From the NCBI GenBank assembly GCA_021828475.1, contig JAJZIY010000012.1, positions 1,010 through 65,009 of the forward strand: a stretch of 64,000 nucleotides of DNA, in the 5' to 3' direction. A model generated the notes under the pieces. The model was not told where the DNA came from and made no database searches. It saw only the letters and a list, made by a program, of their open reading frames with translations. The DNA is from Actinomycetes bacterium (GTDB lineage Bacteria > Actinomycetota > Acidimicrobiia > Acidimicrobiales > Palsa-688). This document shows positions 1 to 10,302 of the stretch, piece by piece (the stretch's first letter is position 1; each line of letters opens with the position of its first letter). The position numbers were made by a program, and so were the translations under genes.

Positions 1-891
1 GGAGAGCAGGTTGCCAGCGCCGACGGCGACCAGGTCCCGGTCGAACGCCTGGCGCCCGGCGGCGCGCGCCCCGTTGTGGTCGGTCGAGCGCACCGTTGCC
101 GACGTCTGGACGACGCAGAGGAACGCCACGGTGGCACACGTGGGGGCGAGCGTGCCGAGGTCGTGCCAGCTGGCGCTGGGCAGCGCCACCCTCGGCAGCG
201 CAGCCCGGACCGGCCCCACGACTGCTACGCCGTGACGACCGAGCCGGGCGGCGGCCACGAGTGCCGTGGCGCCGACGACCCCCACCAGAGCACCCGGTGC
301 CCGGCGGTCGAGCTTCTCGGCAACGACGACGACGGCGAGCACGCCGGCGGCGATGCCGGCGCACCACCAGTTGACACCGCCCAACTGGTCAATGGTCGTG
401 CGCAGCCGTCCGAGCGTCGTCGTGCCGCCGCCGGGCAGCCCGAGCACGGTGGGCAACTGGTGTACGAGGATCTCCGCGCCGATGCCGGCGAGCACGCCTG
501 TGACGACGGGCAGGGGGAAGAAGTCGGCGAGCCAGCCCAGCCGGAGGAGGCCGGCACCGAGGAGGGCGGCCCCGTTGGCAATGGCAAGGCAGGCGACCAC
601 CTCGCCGTAACGGTGACTGCCCTGCACCGCCACCAGAGCGGCCCCGGCGGCGAAGACCGGCGCGATGGTCGAGTCCGCCCCCACCGAAAGTTGCGGGTGC
701 CGGCCCAGGAGAGCGAACGCGAGAGTACCGGCTGCGAACGCCCACAACCCGGTCACGGCCGGCATGCCCGCCAGGTGGGCGGTGGCCATCTGCTCAGGCA
801 CTGCGATGGCCACCAGGGTGACCCCCGCTGCCAGGTCCGCCGCCAGCCAGGAGCGGCGGTAGCCGGCCAAGGTCGGCAACACCAGCTTCAC
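1..891 (-). CDS. SulP family inorganic anion transporter, N-terminal 297 codons; the 3' end lies beyond the window start
   Basis: Not in the ORF track because it runs off the window edge. My minus-strand translation from GTG 891..889 reads VKLVLPTLAGYRRSWLAADLAAGVTLVAIAVPEQMATAHLAGMPAVTGLWAF...FDRDLVAVGAGNLLS. It stays open to position 1, is multi-TM, and has a SulP-like N-terminus. Confidence 0.7.
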   Translation of the reverse strand, partial: MKLVLPTLAGYRRSWLAADLAAGVTLVAIAVPEQMATAHLAGMPAVTGLWAFAAGTLAFALLGRHPQLSVGADSTIAPVFAAGAALVAVQGSHRYGEVVACLAIANGAALLGAGLLRLGWLADFFPLPVVTGVLAGIGAEILVHQLPTVLGLPGGGTTTLGRLRTTIDQLGGVNWWCAGIAAGVLAVVVVAEKLDRRAPGALVGVVGATALVAAARLGRHGVAVVGPVRAALPRVALPSASWHDLGTLAPTCATVAFLCVVQTSATVRSTDHNGARAAGRQAFDRDLVAVGAGNLLS

Positions 892-1077
892 CTGGCGGAC
901 AATAGCCCTCGCCCGTCGCCGGCCCGCCCGTGAGCCCTCCGGGGTGGTGGGCCTGCGGCCCCTGCACCTGACGCCACACGCGCGGGCCCGGTGCGGGAGG
1001 CACGGCGGCGCACGTCTTGGCACCGCCCGGCGCGCCGCTAGTGTTGAGCGGTCCGCCCACCCCTCCAAGGAGCGCCT

Positions 1078-2226
1078 GTGGACCTTTTCGAGTACCAGGG
1101 CAAGCAGTACTTCGCCCGTTACGGCATCCCCGTGTCGCCCGGCGAGGTCGCCGTGACGCCAGACGAGGTCGTTGCGGCCGCCGAGAGGCTCGGCTACCCC
1201 GTCGTGGTAAAGGCACAGGTCCAGGTGGGCGGGCGCGGCAAAGCCGGCGGCATCAAGCTGGCTGCCGACGCCTCCGAAGCCCGCGCCCACGCCGAGGCCA
1301 TCATCGGCATGGACATCAAGGGCCATGTGGTCAAGCGGGTTTGGGTCGAGCACGCCTCGGACATCGCCCGGGAGTACTACGCCAGCTTCACCCTCGACCG
1401 GGGGGCCAAGGCCCATCTGGCCATGGTCTCGGCGCGAGGTGGAGTGGACATCGAGCAGGTGGCCGAGGAGGACCCGTTGGCGATCGCCCGCCTCCACGTC
1501 GACCCGTACCTGGGCTTCTCGCACGAGCAGGCCCGCAAGTTGGTGGACGAGGCCGGGCTGGACGCCGAGGCGCGCGAGGGTGCTGCCGACGTGCTCGTCG
1601 CGCTCCACCGCTGCTTCGTGGAGGGCGACGCCGACCTGGTGGAAGTCAACCCCCTGGTGCTCACACCAGACGGTCGGGTGCACGCTCTGGATGCCAAGGT
1701 GACACTCGACGACAACGCGGCGTTCCGCCATCCCGAGTGGGAGGAGTTGGCGGCCGTGGCGGAGATGGACGAGCGCGAGAGGCTGGCGCGCCAGATGGGC
1801 CTCCAGTACGTAGGCCTGGACGGCGACGTCGGCATCATCGCCAACGGCGCCGGCCTGGCCATGAGCACCTGCGACGTCGTCAACCAGGTCGGAGGCCGTC
1901 CGGCCAACTTCCTCGACATCGGCGGGGGAGCGAGCGCCGAGGTCATGGCCAATGCGCTCGAGGTGATCACCTCGGACACCAACGTCCGGTCGATATTCGT
2001 CAACATCTTCGGTGGCATCACCCGCTGCGAGGAGGTGGCCAACGGTATCGTCACCGCTCTCGGCCGGGTCGACATCGCCGTGCCGATGGTGGTCCGCCTC
2101 GACGGCACCAACGCCGACCAGGGCCGGCAGATCCTGAGCACCGTCGAGTCCGACGAGCTCATAACCGCCCCGAGCATGATGGACGCCGCCCGCTTGGCGG
2201 TCGAACTGGCAGGAAGGGCCAAATGA
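1078..2226 (+). CDS. sucC: succinate--CoA ligase beta subunit
   Basis: 382 aa with an MDLFEYQGKQYFARYGIPV ATP-grasp N-terminus. An AAGGAG SD lies 5 nt before GTG 1078. The stop overlaps the sucD ATG (ATGA). Confidence 0.95.
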   Translation: MDLFEYQGKQYFARYGIPVSPGEVAVTPDEVVAAAERLGYPVVVKAQVQVGGRGKAGGIKLAADASEARAHAEAIIGMDIKGHVVKRVWVEHASDIAREYYASFTLDRGAKAHLAMVSARGGVDIEQVAEEDPLAIARLHVDPYLGFSHEQARKLVDEAGLDAEAREGAADVLVALHRCFVEGDADLVEVNPLVLTPDGRVHALDAKVTLDDNAAFRHPEWEELAAVAEMDERERLARQMGLQYVGLDGDVGIIANGAGLAMSTCDVVNQVGGRPANFLDIGGGASAEVMANALEVITSDTNVRSIFVNIFGGITRCEEVANGIVTALGRVDIAVPMVVRLDGTNADQGRQILSTVESDELITAPSMMDAARLAVELAGRAK

Positions 2227-3107
2227 GCATCTTCGTAGACGCGAGCACCAAGGTCATAGTCCACGGCCTGACCGGGGGCCAGGCGAGGTTCCACGGCCTG
2301 CGCAACCGCGACTATGGCACCAGGGTCGTAGCCGGGGTCAACCCGGCCAAGGGAGGCCAGGAAGTCGAAGGCATCCCCGTCTTCGCAACCGCAGCCGAGG
2401 CCCGCGCCGCCACCGGCGCGACGGCGAGCTTCGTGGCTGTGCCTGCCAAAGTGGCTCCGGCGTCGATCCTGGAGGCGGCAGCGGCCGGCGTCGAGCTCGT
2501 CGTGTGCATAACCGAGGGCATACCGGCCCAGGACGAGGCGCGGGTCTACAGCGAGTTGCGCCACAACCACCCGGGTACCCGGTTGATCGGTCCCAACTGC
2601 CCCGGCCTCATCAGCCCGGGCAAGTGCAACATCGGCATCACTGCGGGGGAGATAGCGCTGGCCGGAGGGCCCGTCGGTATTGTCAGCCGCAGCGGGACCC
2701 TCACCTACCAGGCGTTGTACGAGCTGAAGCAGATGGGTATCGGGGTCACCACCTGTGTCGGTATCGGCGGAGACCCGGTGCCGGGTACGAGCTTCGTCGA
2801 CTGTCTCGAGGCGTTCGAAGCCGACCCCGAGACCAGGGCGGTCATGATGATCGGGGAGATCGGGGGCTCCGAGGAGGAGAAGGCGGCCCAGTTCGTCTCG
2901 GAGCGGATGACCAAGCCTGTCGTCAGCTACATAGCCGGAGTGACGGCGCCTCCAGGCCGTCGCATGGGCCATGCCGGTGCCATCATCTCGGGGAGCAAGG
3001 GCACCGCCCAGGCCAAGATGGAGGCCCTGCGGGCGGCGGGCGTCCAGGTCGCGCTCAACCCCACGGAGGCCGGTCAACTGATGGGCGAGGTCGTCAAGGC
3101 TCTCTGA
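2223..3107 (+). CDS. sucD: succinate--CoA ligase alpha subunit
   Basis: Starts at ATG 2223: MSIFVDASTKVIVHGLTGGQARFHG. Contains SRSGTLTYQ and the phosphohistidine loop MGHAGAIISG. Confidence 0.95.
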   Translation: MSIFVDASTKVIVHGLTGGQARFHGLRNRDYGTRVVAGVNPAKGGQEVEGIPVFATAAEARAATGATASFVAVPAKVAPASILEAAAAGVELVVCITEGIPAQDEARVYSELRHNHPGTRLIGPNCPGLISPGKCNIGITAGEIALAGGPVGIVSRSGTLTYQALYELKQMGIGVTTCVGIGGDPVPGTSFVDCLEAFEADPETRAVMMIGEIGGSEEEKAAQFVSERMTKPVVSYIAGVTAPPGRRMGHAGAIISGSKGTAQAKMEALRAAGVQVALNPTEAGQLMGEVVKAL

Positions 3108-3122
3108 GCCCAGGCGGTCGCG

Positions 3123-3156
3123 GGGCCCGACGGGCCCGGTGGCCGCCCGGGCGGCC
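3123..3156 (+). terminator. two adjacent GC hairpins after sucD (GGGCCC-GAC-GGGCCC and the palindrome GGCCGCCCGGGCGGCC)
   Basis: Inverted repeats read directly in the sequence. There is no U-tract. Confidence 0.35.
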
Positions 3157-3175
3157 CTCACTAGGCTGACTTGGC

Positions 3176-6124
3176 ATGCCCCGCCGCCCCAAGCTCGACG
3201 ACACCGCCCGCCAGGCTCTCGGCCGTGCCCTGGAAGATGCCCTGGAGGGGGAGGTGCGCTTCGACAGCACCACCCGCGCTGCCTACGCAAGTGATTCCTC
3301 CAACTACCGGCAGGTGCCGCTCGGGGTCGTGTTCCCCCGGGGCCACGAGGACATGGTGGCCGTGGCGCGCCTGGCCGCTGAGGCGGGTGCGGCGATGCTG
3401 GCCCGGGGCGCAGGGACGAGCCTGGCCGGGCAGGGCTGCAACGAGGCGGTCGTCGTCGACGTCTCGCGCCATATGGCCAAGGTCCTCCAGCTCGACCCCG
3501 CCTCCAGGACGGCGCGGGTGCAGCCGGGCCTGGTCCTGGACGACCTTCGCCGGCAGGCGGAGCGCCATGGCCTCACTTTTGGCCCCGACCCCGCCACCCA
3601 CGCCTGGTGCACCATCGGCGGCATGGTGGGCAACAACTCCTGCGGTACGCATGGTGTCTACGCCGGCAAGACATCCGACAACGTCGAGGCGCTCTCGGTC
3701 GTGCTGGCGGGGGGTGAGGTGCTCGAAGTCGGCTGCTACGACTCGGCGGCCCTCGAGAGCGCCCGGAGGGGGGGAGGGCGTCTCGCTCGGGTGCTCTCGG
3801 AACTGCAGGCTCTCGACGAGCGCTACGGCCAGGCGGTCAGGGAGCGCTTCCCGGAGCTGGCGCGCCGCGTGAGCGGCTTCAACCTGGACCAGCTGGCCAC
3901 GGGCGACGGCATGCACGTGGCCCGCGCGCTCGTCGGCACCGAGTCGACGTGCGCCTTCACGGCCGAAGCGACGTTGCGCCTGGTGACGAGCCCTCCCCGC
4001 CGGGCACTTGTCGTCATCGGGTACCCGGACATATACATGGCTGCCGAGGCGGTCCCGGCACTGCTGGCTCATCCGTTGCTGGCCCTGGAGGGCTTCGACC
4101 GGACCCTGGTGGACCAGATGGAGGCCCACGGCCTCAACCGGGAGGGCGTCGCCCTTCTGCCTCCCGGCGACGGGTGGCTCCTGGCCGAACTTGGCGGGGA
4201 CAGCGACGAGGAGGCCAGGAGCAAGGCCGAGGACGTCCTGGCGTCCCTACCCAAGGGCACCAATGCAGCGCGTGTCGACGGCGCTACCGACCAGAGGCTC
4301 CTCTGGTCGGTGCGCGAGTCAGGGCTCGGCGCCACGGCGCTGCGCCTGGACGGCCACCACAACTACGAGGGCTGGGAGGACGGAGCCGTACCACCCGAGC
4401 GCCTGGCGGAGTACCTGCGTGGCATAAGCGCCCTCTGGGCGCGCCACGGCTACTCCGGGGCCTGGTACGGCCACTTCGGCCAGGGCTGTGTCCACACCCG
4501 TAACAACTTCGACCTCGCGACGAGAGCCGGTCTGGCCAACTACCGCGACTACGTCACGGCGGCCGCCGAACTGGTGGTCTCGCTGGGCGGGTCCCTCTCC
4601 GGCGAGCACGGAGACGGCCAGAGCCGTGGCGAGTTGCTCGAGGTCATGTACGGACCGCAGCTCGTCGGCGCGTTCGGGGAGTTCAAGCGCATATGGGACC
4701 CGGACGCGCTGATGAACCCGGGCAAGGTCGTCGACGCCTACCCGCTGGACGCCAACATCAAGTACTTCGACCTGCACGACAAGCCCGCCCTGCGCCCGAC
4801 GGCCTACTCCCTGGCAGCGGACGGCGGCTCACTGCTGCACGCCGCCCTTCGCTGTGTCGGGGTGGGCCGTTGCCGACGCGACGACACCGCCACCATGTGC
4901 CCCTCCTACAGGGCCACGCGCGACGAGGTGCACTCGACGCGGGGGCGGGCCAAGGTCCTCGCGGAGATGTTCAGGGGTGAGCTCGTGGCCGATACCTGGC
5001 GCAACGAGGAGGTTCGCGAGGCGCTCGACCTGTGCCTGTCGTGCAAGGCCTGCGCCTCGGACTGCCCGACCCACGTGGACATGGCGACCTACAAGTCGGA
5101 GTTCTCCTACCACTACTACAAGGGGCGTATCAGGCCGGCCGCCATGTACGCCATGGGGTTGCTGCCGTGGGCCGCCAGGGCGCTCAGTGCCGCTCCGGCC
5201 CTGAGCCGTGCCGCCAACTCGGTCCTGGCCTCCCCGGTAGCCGGCAGAGCCCTCAAGCGGGCCGCAGGCATAGCGCAGAACCGGCCGGCACCGAGGTTCT
5301 CTCCGACCGGCGGCTTGCGCCGCGCCCTGACCAGGAGCTCGGACGCCGTCGTGGACAGGCCGCCGAGCAGGTCGACCGTCGTCGTGTGGCCCGACACGTT
5401 CACCGACGCCTTCGACCCCGATCTCGGCCGTTCGCTCATCGCCACCCTCTCCAGCCTCGGCGAACAGGTCGCCGTGCCCGCTCGCTGGGCGTGCTGCGGC
5501 CGGACCCTCTACGACTCGGGCATGCTCGACCTGGCGCGCAGCTCCCTGCGCAGGCTCGTCGACGTCCTGGGCCCGTGGGTCGATGCAGGTGTCCCGGTCG
5601 TCGTGCCGGAACCGAGCTGCCTGGCTGCGTTCCGCGACGAGCTTCCTGCTCTGCTTGCGTCGTCCAAGCGGGCCGCCGAGCTGTCCCGGTTGGCCAGGAG
5701 CCCGGCCGAGCACCTCGTGGCTGCGGGCCACACCGCCCATCTCAGCCCGTCCGTGGGCGTGCCGCCGCCAGGCCGGGCCGTCCTGCACCCGCACTGTCAC
5801 CAGCGCTCCGTGGTGGGTACCGCTGCCGACGTCAAGGTCCTGGAGGCACTCGGCTACCAGGTCGAGGTGCTGGACGCCGGGTGCTGCGGCCTGGCCGGGT
5901 CATTCGGTTTCGATGCCCGCCACGAGCCCGTGTCGAGGCGCATAGGCGAGGACATCTGGCTGCCGAAGCTCCGCGAGTCCATGGAGGGGCTCGACGGGAC
6001 CGTGCCCGAGCTCGTAGTGGACGCTTTCAGTTGCCAGACCCAGCTGTTCCACCTCGGGTCGGACCTGCTGGCACGGGCGACGACGGTGCCCGAGCTCGTC
6101 CGCCGGCGCCTGGGAACGCCGTGA
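3176..6124 (+). CDS. fused FAD-linked (GlcD-like) / Fe-S / CCG-domain oxidoreductase, YdiJ-type 2-hydroxyacid dehydrogenase
   Basis: 982 aa. FAD-binding motif ARGAGTSLAGQ, Fe-S motifs CVGVGRCRR..MCPS and CLSCKACASDCP, and C-terminal Cys-rich repeats PEPSC, HPHCHQ and GCCGLAGSFG. Confidence 0.8.
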   Translation: MPRRPKLDDTARQALGRALEDALEGEVRFDSTTRAAYASDSSNYRQVPLGVVFPRGHEDMVAVARLAAEAGAAMLARGAGTSLAGQGCNEAVVVDVSRHMAKVLQLDPASRTARVQPGLVLDDLRRQAERHGLTFGPDPATHAWCTIGGMVGNNSCGTHGVYAGKTSDNVEALSVVLAGGEVLEVGCYDSAALESARRGGGRLARVLSELQALDERYGQAVRERFPELARRVSGFNLDQLATGDGMHVARALVGTESTCAFTAEATLRLVTSPPRRALVVIGYPDIYMAAEAVPALLAHPLLALEGFDRTLVDQMEAHGLNREGVALLPPGDGWLLAELGGDSDEEARSKAEDVLASLPKGTNAARVDGATDQRLLWSVRESGLGATALRLDGHHNYEGWEDGAVPPERLAEYLRGISALWARHGYSGAWYGHFGQGCVHTRNNFDLATRAGLANYRDYVTAAAELVVSLGGSLSGEHGDGQSRGELLEVMYGPQLVGAFGEFKRIWDPDALMNPGKVVDAYPLDANIKYFDLHDKPALRPTAYSLAADGGSLLHAALRCVGVGRCRRDDTATMCPSYRATRDEVHSTRGRAKVLAEMFRGELVADTWRNEEVREALDLCLSCKACASDCPTHVDMATYKSEFSYHYYKGRIRPAAMYAMGLLPWAARALSAAPALSRAANSVLASPVAGRALKRAAGIAQNRPAPRFSPTGGLRRALTRSSDAVVDRPPSRSTVVVWPDTFTDAFDPDLGRSLIATLSSLGEQVAVPARWACCGRTLYDSGMLDLARSSLRRLVDVLGPWVDAGVPVVVPEPSCLAAFRDELPALLASSKRAAELSRLARSPAEHLVAAGHTAHLSPSVGVPPPGRAVLHPHCHQRSVVGTAADVKVLEALGYQVEVLDAGCCGLAGSFGFDARHEPVSRRIGEDIWLPKLRESMEGLDGTVPELVVDAFSCQTQLFHLGSDLLARATTVPELVRRRLGTP

Positions 6125-6765
6125 GGGAGGGGCAGCGCCGGGTCGCGGCCACCGGTCCCGTCCCGGCCGTCACCGTGGGCCCTTGCGGGCCCGACGACGT
6201 CGTGGCCCTCCGCCACGCCGTGCTGCGGCCGCACACGACGGTCGAGCACGCCACCTTCGCCGAGGACTCGTACCCCGCGACGGCGCACTTCTGCGCCCGT
6301 GACGAGGCCGGAAGCGTGGTCTGCGTGGCCACCGTGTGGCCCGAGGCCCCCCCGTGGCCGGCCGGTGACAACCCACTGTCGCTGCTCCCGCCCGGGCCCC
6401 CGGCAGCGCCGGGAACTGCCGCCCGGAGCGGAGATGCGGCTCAGAACGGAGCCGTTGCCCCCCACGAGCGGCCGGCGGCTCCTCGAGGCCTGGCACGGTC
6501 CACCCCTGGCGAGGCGTGGCGGCTGCGTGCCATGGCCACCCATCCCCAGTGGCGCGGTCGGGGGGTGGGTGCCGCGGTCGTCCGGGCGGTCACCGACCAT
6601 GTGGCTGCCCAGGGCGGCTCCCTGCTCTGGTGCAACGCCAGGTTGGGTGCAAGGCGTTTCTACGAACGTGCCGGCCTCACCACCTGGGGGGAGGTCTGGC
6701 AAGAGCCCGTTATCGGGCCGCACGTGGTGATGTACAAACGCGTGGCAACGCGTAGAAGCGGGTAG
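6121..6765 (+). CDS. GNAT family N-acetyltransferase with a Pro/Ala-rich insertion
   Basis: GTG 6121 overlaps the upstream stop (GTGA). Acetyl-CoA motif HPQWRGRGVGAAVV, and a C-terminal NARLGARRFYERAGL. Confidence 0.7.
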   Translation: MREGQRRVAATGPVPAVTVGPCGPDDVVALRHAVLRPHTTVEHATFAEDSYPATAHFCARDEAGSVVCVATVWPEAPPWPAGDNPLSLLPPGPPAAPGTAARSGDAAQNGAVAPHERPAAPRGLARSTPGEAWRLRAMATHPQWRGRGVGAAVVRAVTDHVAAQGGSLLWCNARLGARRFYERAGLTTWGEVWQEPVIGPHVVMYKRVATRRSG

Positions 6766-6776
6766 ACAGAGTTCCG

Positions 6777-8402
6777 ATGACTGATCCTGCGCAACACGTC
6801 GCGCCCGGTGAGCGGACCTCGAGGGACCAGCAGTTCGAGTTCATAGTCCTGTCCAACCGGCTCCCCGTGGAGCCCAACCCGCTCGGCGGGGGTATGCGCT
6901 GGAGGCGAAGTCCCGGCGGCCTGGTGTCTGCCCTGCAGCCGGTGATCGCCAAGAGCGGCGGCGCATGGGTCGGCTGGACTGGTGCCCCGGCGTCGGCGAC
7001 CACGGCGGCGGGTGCGCCCGGACCGGCACGCCGCGCGTTCGGCTTGTGGGAGGACACCGGCGAGGTGCAGGTCGTGACCGGCCGGGGTGCCGGCGGTGGT
7101 GGGCCTCAGGTGGGCGCCCGGGTTACCGACATGCTCGGCCTCGGGCGCGACGACCGTGGGCCGGTGTCGGAAGAAGAGGTGCACGCCATACCGGTGCCCC
7201 TGTCCGAGGACGAGGTGGACGCCTACTACGAAGGCTTCTGCAATGCCACTCTCTGGCCTCTCTACCACGACGTCACAGCGCCCCCCGTCTATTCGCGGCG
7301 GTGGTGGCATTCCTACGTCGAGGTCAACCATCGCTTCGCGTCGGCAGCAGCGGCCCACGCGACCGACGGCGCGACCGTGTGGGTGCACGACTACCACCTG
7401 CAGCTCGTGCCGGCCATGCTGCGGGGCTTGCGTGGCGACCTTCGGATCGGTTTCTTCAACCACATACCGTTCCCCCCCTACGACCTCTTCGCCCAGTTGC
7501 CATGGAGGCGCGAGGTGGTGGAGGGGCTCCTCGGAGCGGATCTGATCGGCTTTCAGACGGCGGACGGCGCCGCCAACTTCCTTCGGGCCTGCCGGCGCCT
7601 GACTGACTACCACACGCAGGGCCCGGTGGTGACAGTTCGCCGGCGCAACGGGGCACAGCCCGGTTCGGTGCGGGTGGGGGCGTTCCCCATCTCTGTCGAT
7701 GCAGCGGAGCTCTCGGAGCTCGCCCAGCGCCCCGAGACGGTAGCCCGTGCACTGCAGATCCGTCACGAGCTGGGCGACCCGGACCTCGTCCTGCTCGGAG
7801 TGGACCGTCTCGACTACACCAAGGGCCTCCTGCACCGGCTCCGGGCCTACGGGGAGCTGTTGAAGGAGGGCCGCCTCAGCCCGCCCGGCACCGTCATGGT
7901 GCAGGTCGCCAGCCCGAGCCGGGGCGAGGTCGCGCAGTACAGGAAGCTGCGGGAGGAGCTGGAGAGAGCGGTCGGCAGCATAAACGGCGACTTCTCGCCC
8001 GTCGGTCACCCGGCGCTGCACTACCTGCACCAGAGCTTCCCCAAGGAGGAGATGGCGGCCATGTACCTGGCCGCCGACGTCGCCCTGGTGACGCCCTTGC
8101 GGGACGGCATGAACCTCGTGGCCAAGGAGTACGTGGCCTGCCGTTACGACCTGGGCGGCCGCCTGGTGCTGTCTGAGTTCACCGGCGCCGCCGAGGAGTT
8201 GAAGGGGGCGTTCCTGGTCAACCCTCACGACATCGACAGCCTCAAGGGCCAGATAATGGCCGCTGCGGAGTCCTCCGAGAACCAGACCGCCAGGCGTATG
8301 CGTCGCCTCCGCCAGCGCGTCTTCGCGAACGACGTGCACCGGTGGGCGGCCGAGTTCCTCGGCGCGCTGGCCGGCGAGCAGCGCGGCAGCGCTGCCGGTT
8401 AG
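6777..8402 (+). CDS. otsA: alpha,alpha-trehalose-phosphate synthase (GT20)
   Basis: Motifs [46 protein letters not shown] and [14 protein letters not shown]. Confidence 0.9.
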   Translation: MTDPAQHVAPGERTSRDQQFEFIVLSNRLPVEPNPLGGGMRWRRSPGGLVSALQPVIAKSGGAWVGWTGAPASATTAAGAPGPARRAFGLWEDTGEVQVVTGRGAGGGGPQVGARVTDMLGLGRDDRGPVSEEEVHAIPVPLSEDEVDAYYEGFCNATLWPLYHDVTAPPVYSRRWWHSYVEVNHRFASAAAAHATDGATVWVHDYHLQLVPAMLRGLRGDLRIGFFNHIPFPPYDLFAQLPWRREVVEGLLGADLIGFQTADGAANFLRACRRLTDYHTQGPVVTVRRRNGAQPGSVRVGAFPISVDAAELSELAQRPETVARALQIRHELGDPDLVLLGVDRLDYTKGLLHRLRAYGELLKEGRLSPPGTVMVQVASPSRGEVAQYRKLREELERAVGSINGDFSPVGHPALHYLHQSFPKEEMAAMYLAADVALVTPLRDGMNLVAKEYVACRYDLGGRLVLSEFTGAAEELKGAFLVNPHDIDSLKGQIMAAAESSENQTARRMRRLRQRVFANDVHRWAAEFLGALAGEQRGSAAG

Positions 8403-8421
8403 ACCGGGTAGCCGGAACATC

Positions 8422-9522
8422 GTGCCCGCTCCCGCCGAGGTGACCCAGGTGGTGCCCGACGCCCCCACGACGTCGCAAGGGCCCGGTGGCCCGGGCAACG
8501 AGGTCGACGGCGAGGCAGGCTTCCGGCAACCGATGCTCGCGCAGGCTCGCGTCGGAGTGCGAGCCACCTCGGATCTGCTGCCGGGTGGCAGCAGTTGCTG
8601 GCTGATGGAGCCCAAGCTGGACGGCTTGCGCGGGATCGCCGTCCGCAACCGGCCGGGTGTCACCCTCTACTCGCGCAACCGCACTTCCTTCAACAGCCGC
8701 TTCCCTCGTCTGGTGGCGGCGCTGACGAGCCTGCCCGCCGACGATTTCGTGCTCGACGGCGAAGTCGTGGGCATGGTTGGGGGAAGGCCCGACTTCGGCG
8801 CTCTGCAGGAGGGTGCAGCGACCGAGGTCGGTTACCACGTGTTCGACCTCCTGCACCTGCTCGGCCACGACGTGCGCAGGCTGCCCATCGAGGAGCGCAA
8901 AGCCCTGCTCGCGAGGCTCCTGGCGCCCGTGGAGGTGCCTGGTGTCCACCTGGTGGCGCCGCTGTCCGGCACGCCGCGCCAGGTCTTCGAGGCCAGTTGC
9001 CGCGACGGCTGGGAAGGCGTGGTCGCGAAGAGGCGGGGCTCGGTGTACCGCTCGGGCCGTTCACCCGATTGGGTCAAGCTCAAGTGCTCGTGCCGTCAGG
9101 AGCTCGTGGTCGGAGGCTGGACGCCGGCCCAGGGGTCCCGCGAGGGTCTCGGGGCGCTGCTCCTCGGCTACTGGGAGGCCGGGAAGCTTGTGTACGCGGG
9201 AAAGGTCGGTACAGGCTTCGACGCACGGATGCTCGGCGAACTGGTGCGGCGGCTCTCGCCAGTCGCCAGGACCTCGTCGCCCTTCGACGGCAGAGTGCTC
9301 GAGAAGGCAGCCCGGTGGGCGGAACCATCGCTGGTCGTCGAAGTGGCGTTCACCAACTGGACATCGGACGGACGCCTGCGCCACCCGAGCTTCGTGACCT
9401 TGCGGGACGACAAGCCTGCTGCCGCGGTCGGCCGTGAGCCGTGCGGGCCTGCAGCCGTCCCTCGCCGAGGGTCTGACAAGCCGCAACGCTGGGTAGGCAC
9501 CCAGCCAGGGAACAGGAGGTAG
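8422..9522 (+). CDS. ATP-dependent DNA ligase (stand-alone LigD/LigC-type ligase domain)
   Basis: Nucleotidyltransferase motifs EPKLDGLRG (KxDG), LDGEVV, EGVVAKR and WVKLK, followed by an OB domain. The start is uncertain (GTG 8422, or ATG 8533 at PMLAQ). Confidence 0.85.
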   Translation: MPAPAEVTQVVPDAPTTSQGPGGPGNEVDGEAGFRQPMLAQARVGVRATSDLLPGGSSCWLMEPKLDGLRGIAVRNRPGVTLYSRNRTSFNSRFPRLVAALTSLPADDFVLDGEVVGMVGGRPDFGALQEGAATEVGYHVFDLLHLLGHDVRRLPIEERKALLARLLAPVEVPGVHLVAPLSGTPRQVFEASCRDGWEGVVAKRRGSVYRSGRSPDWVKLKCSCRQELVVGGWTPAQGSREGLGALLLGYWEAGKLVYAGKVGTGFDARMLGELVRRLSPVARTSSPFDGRVLEKAARWAEPSLVVEVAFTNWTSDGRLRHPSFVTLRDDKPAAAVGREPCGPAAVPRRGSDKPQRWVGTQPGNRR

Positions 9523-9524
9523 GA

Positions 9525-10142
9525 ATGGGATTCGCAACGACGGTGCTCCGGCTCGTTACCGGCGCCACGATGGCAGGCCACGGTATCCAGAAGCTCACCA
9601 CTTCACTGGGTGGTCACGGTCCCGAGGGCACCGCTCAGGCCTTCGAGCAGATGGGCTTGCGCCCGGGACGCCACTTCGGCATGGCCACGGGTGCGGCGGA
9701 GGCGGCCGGTGGGACGATGATGGCCCTCGGTCTCGCCACGCCACTGGCATGCTCCATGGTCACCGGTGTCATGGTGGGCGCCATCACCAAGGTGCACCTG
9801 AAGAAAGGCTTCTGGGCCACCAACGGCGGTTTCGAGTACAACCTCGGCATCTTGGCCAGCACCTTCGCCATAGCCGGCGCCGGCGGGGGCCCGCTGACCC
9901 TGGACGGCCTACGCGGCAAGAAGCACCGTGGCCTTGGCTGGGCCGTCCTGCAGCTCGCGCTCGGTGCCGGTGCAGCCGCCGGTGCTCTCGCCATTTCGGA
10001 CCGCCAGGCTTGCACCGCCCCCGAGGGCGCCCTTTCGCCGGCCGCTGACGCCTCGGGCGAGGCGAGCGCCGACGGGGACGACGACATGGTCGACCTGGCT
10101 GCTGGGGACGGTCTGAGCGGGCGCACGGGGGCGGCGCAGTAG
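9525..10142 (+). CDS. DoxX family membrane protein
   Basis: N-terminus [24 protein letters not shown] and about 4 TM segments. Starts 3 nt after the ligase stop. Confidence 0.75.
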   Translation: MGFATTVLRLVTGATMAGHGIQKLTTSLGGHGPEGTAQAFEQMGLRPGRHFGMATGAAEAAGGTMMALGLATPLACSMVTGVMVGAITKVHLKKGFWATNGGFEYNLGILASTFAIAGAGGGPLTLDGLRGKKHRGLGWAVLQLALGAGAAAGALAISDRQACTAPEGALSPAADASGEASADGDDDMVDLAAGDGLSGRTGAAQ

Positions 10143-10302
10143 CGGCTACCAGGCACGGGTGCGGCCCGGAGGGGCAGGTCACGAGGGGCTGAGCGGCCCG
10201 CGCCCAGGGCCTGGCACCCCTGCCGGAGCGGGGCGCCAATGCGTCGGGCTCGGGCGAGGTGGCTGCCGGCCCGGTAGAGTGGGTTTCCAGGAGGTAGGAG
10301 CA

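Noticed and set aside
8422-9522. Complete NHEJ system (Ku + LigD)
   Set aside because: Only a stand-alone ligase domain is present. No Ku gene and no polymerase or phosphoesterase domains occur in the window.
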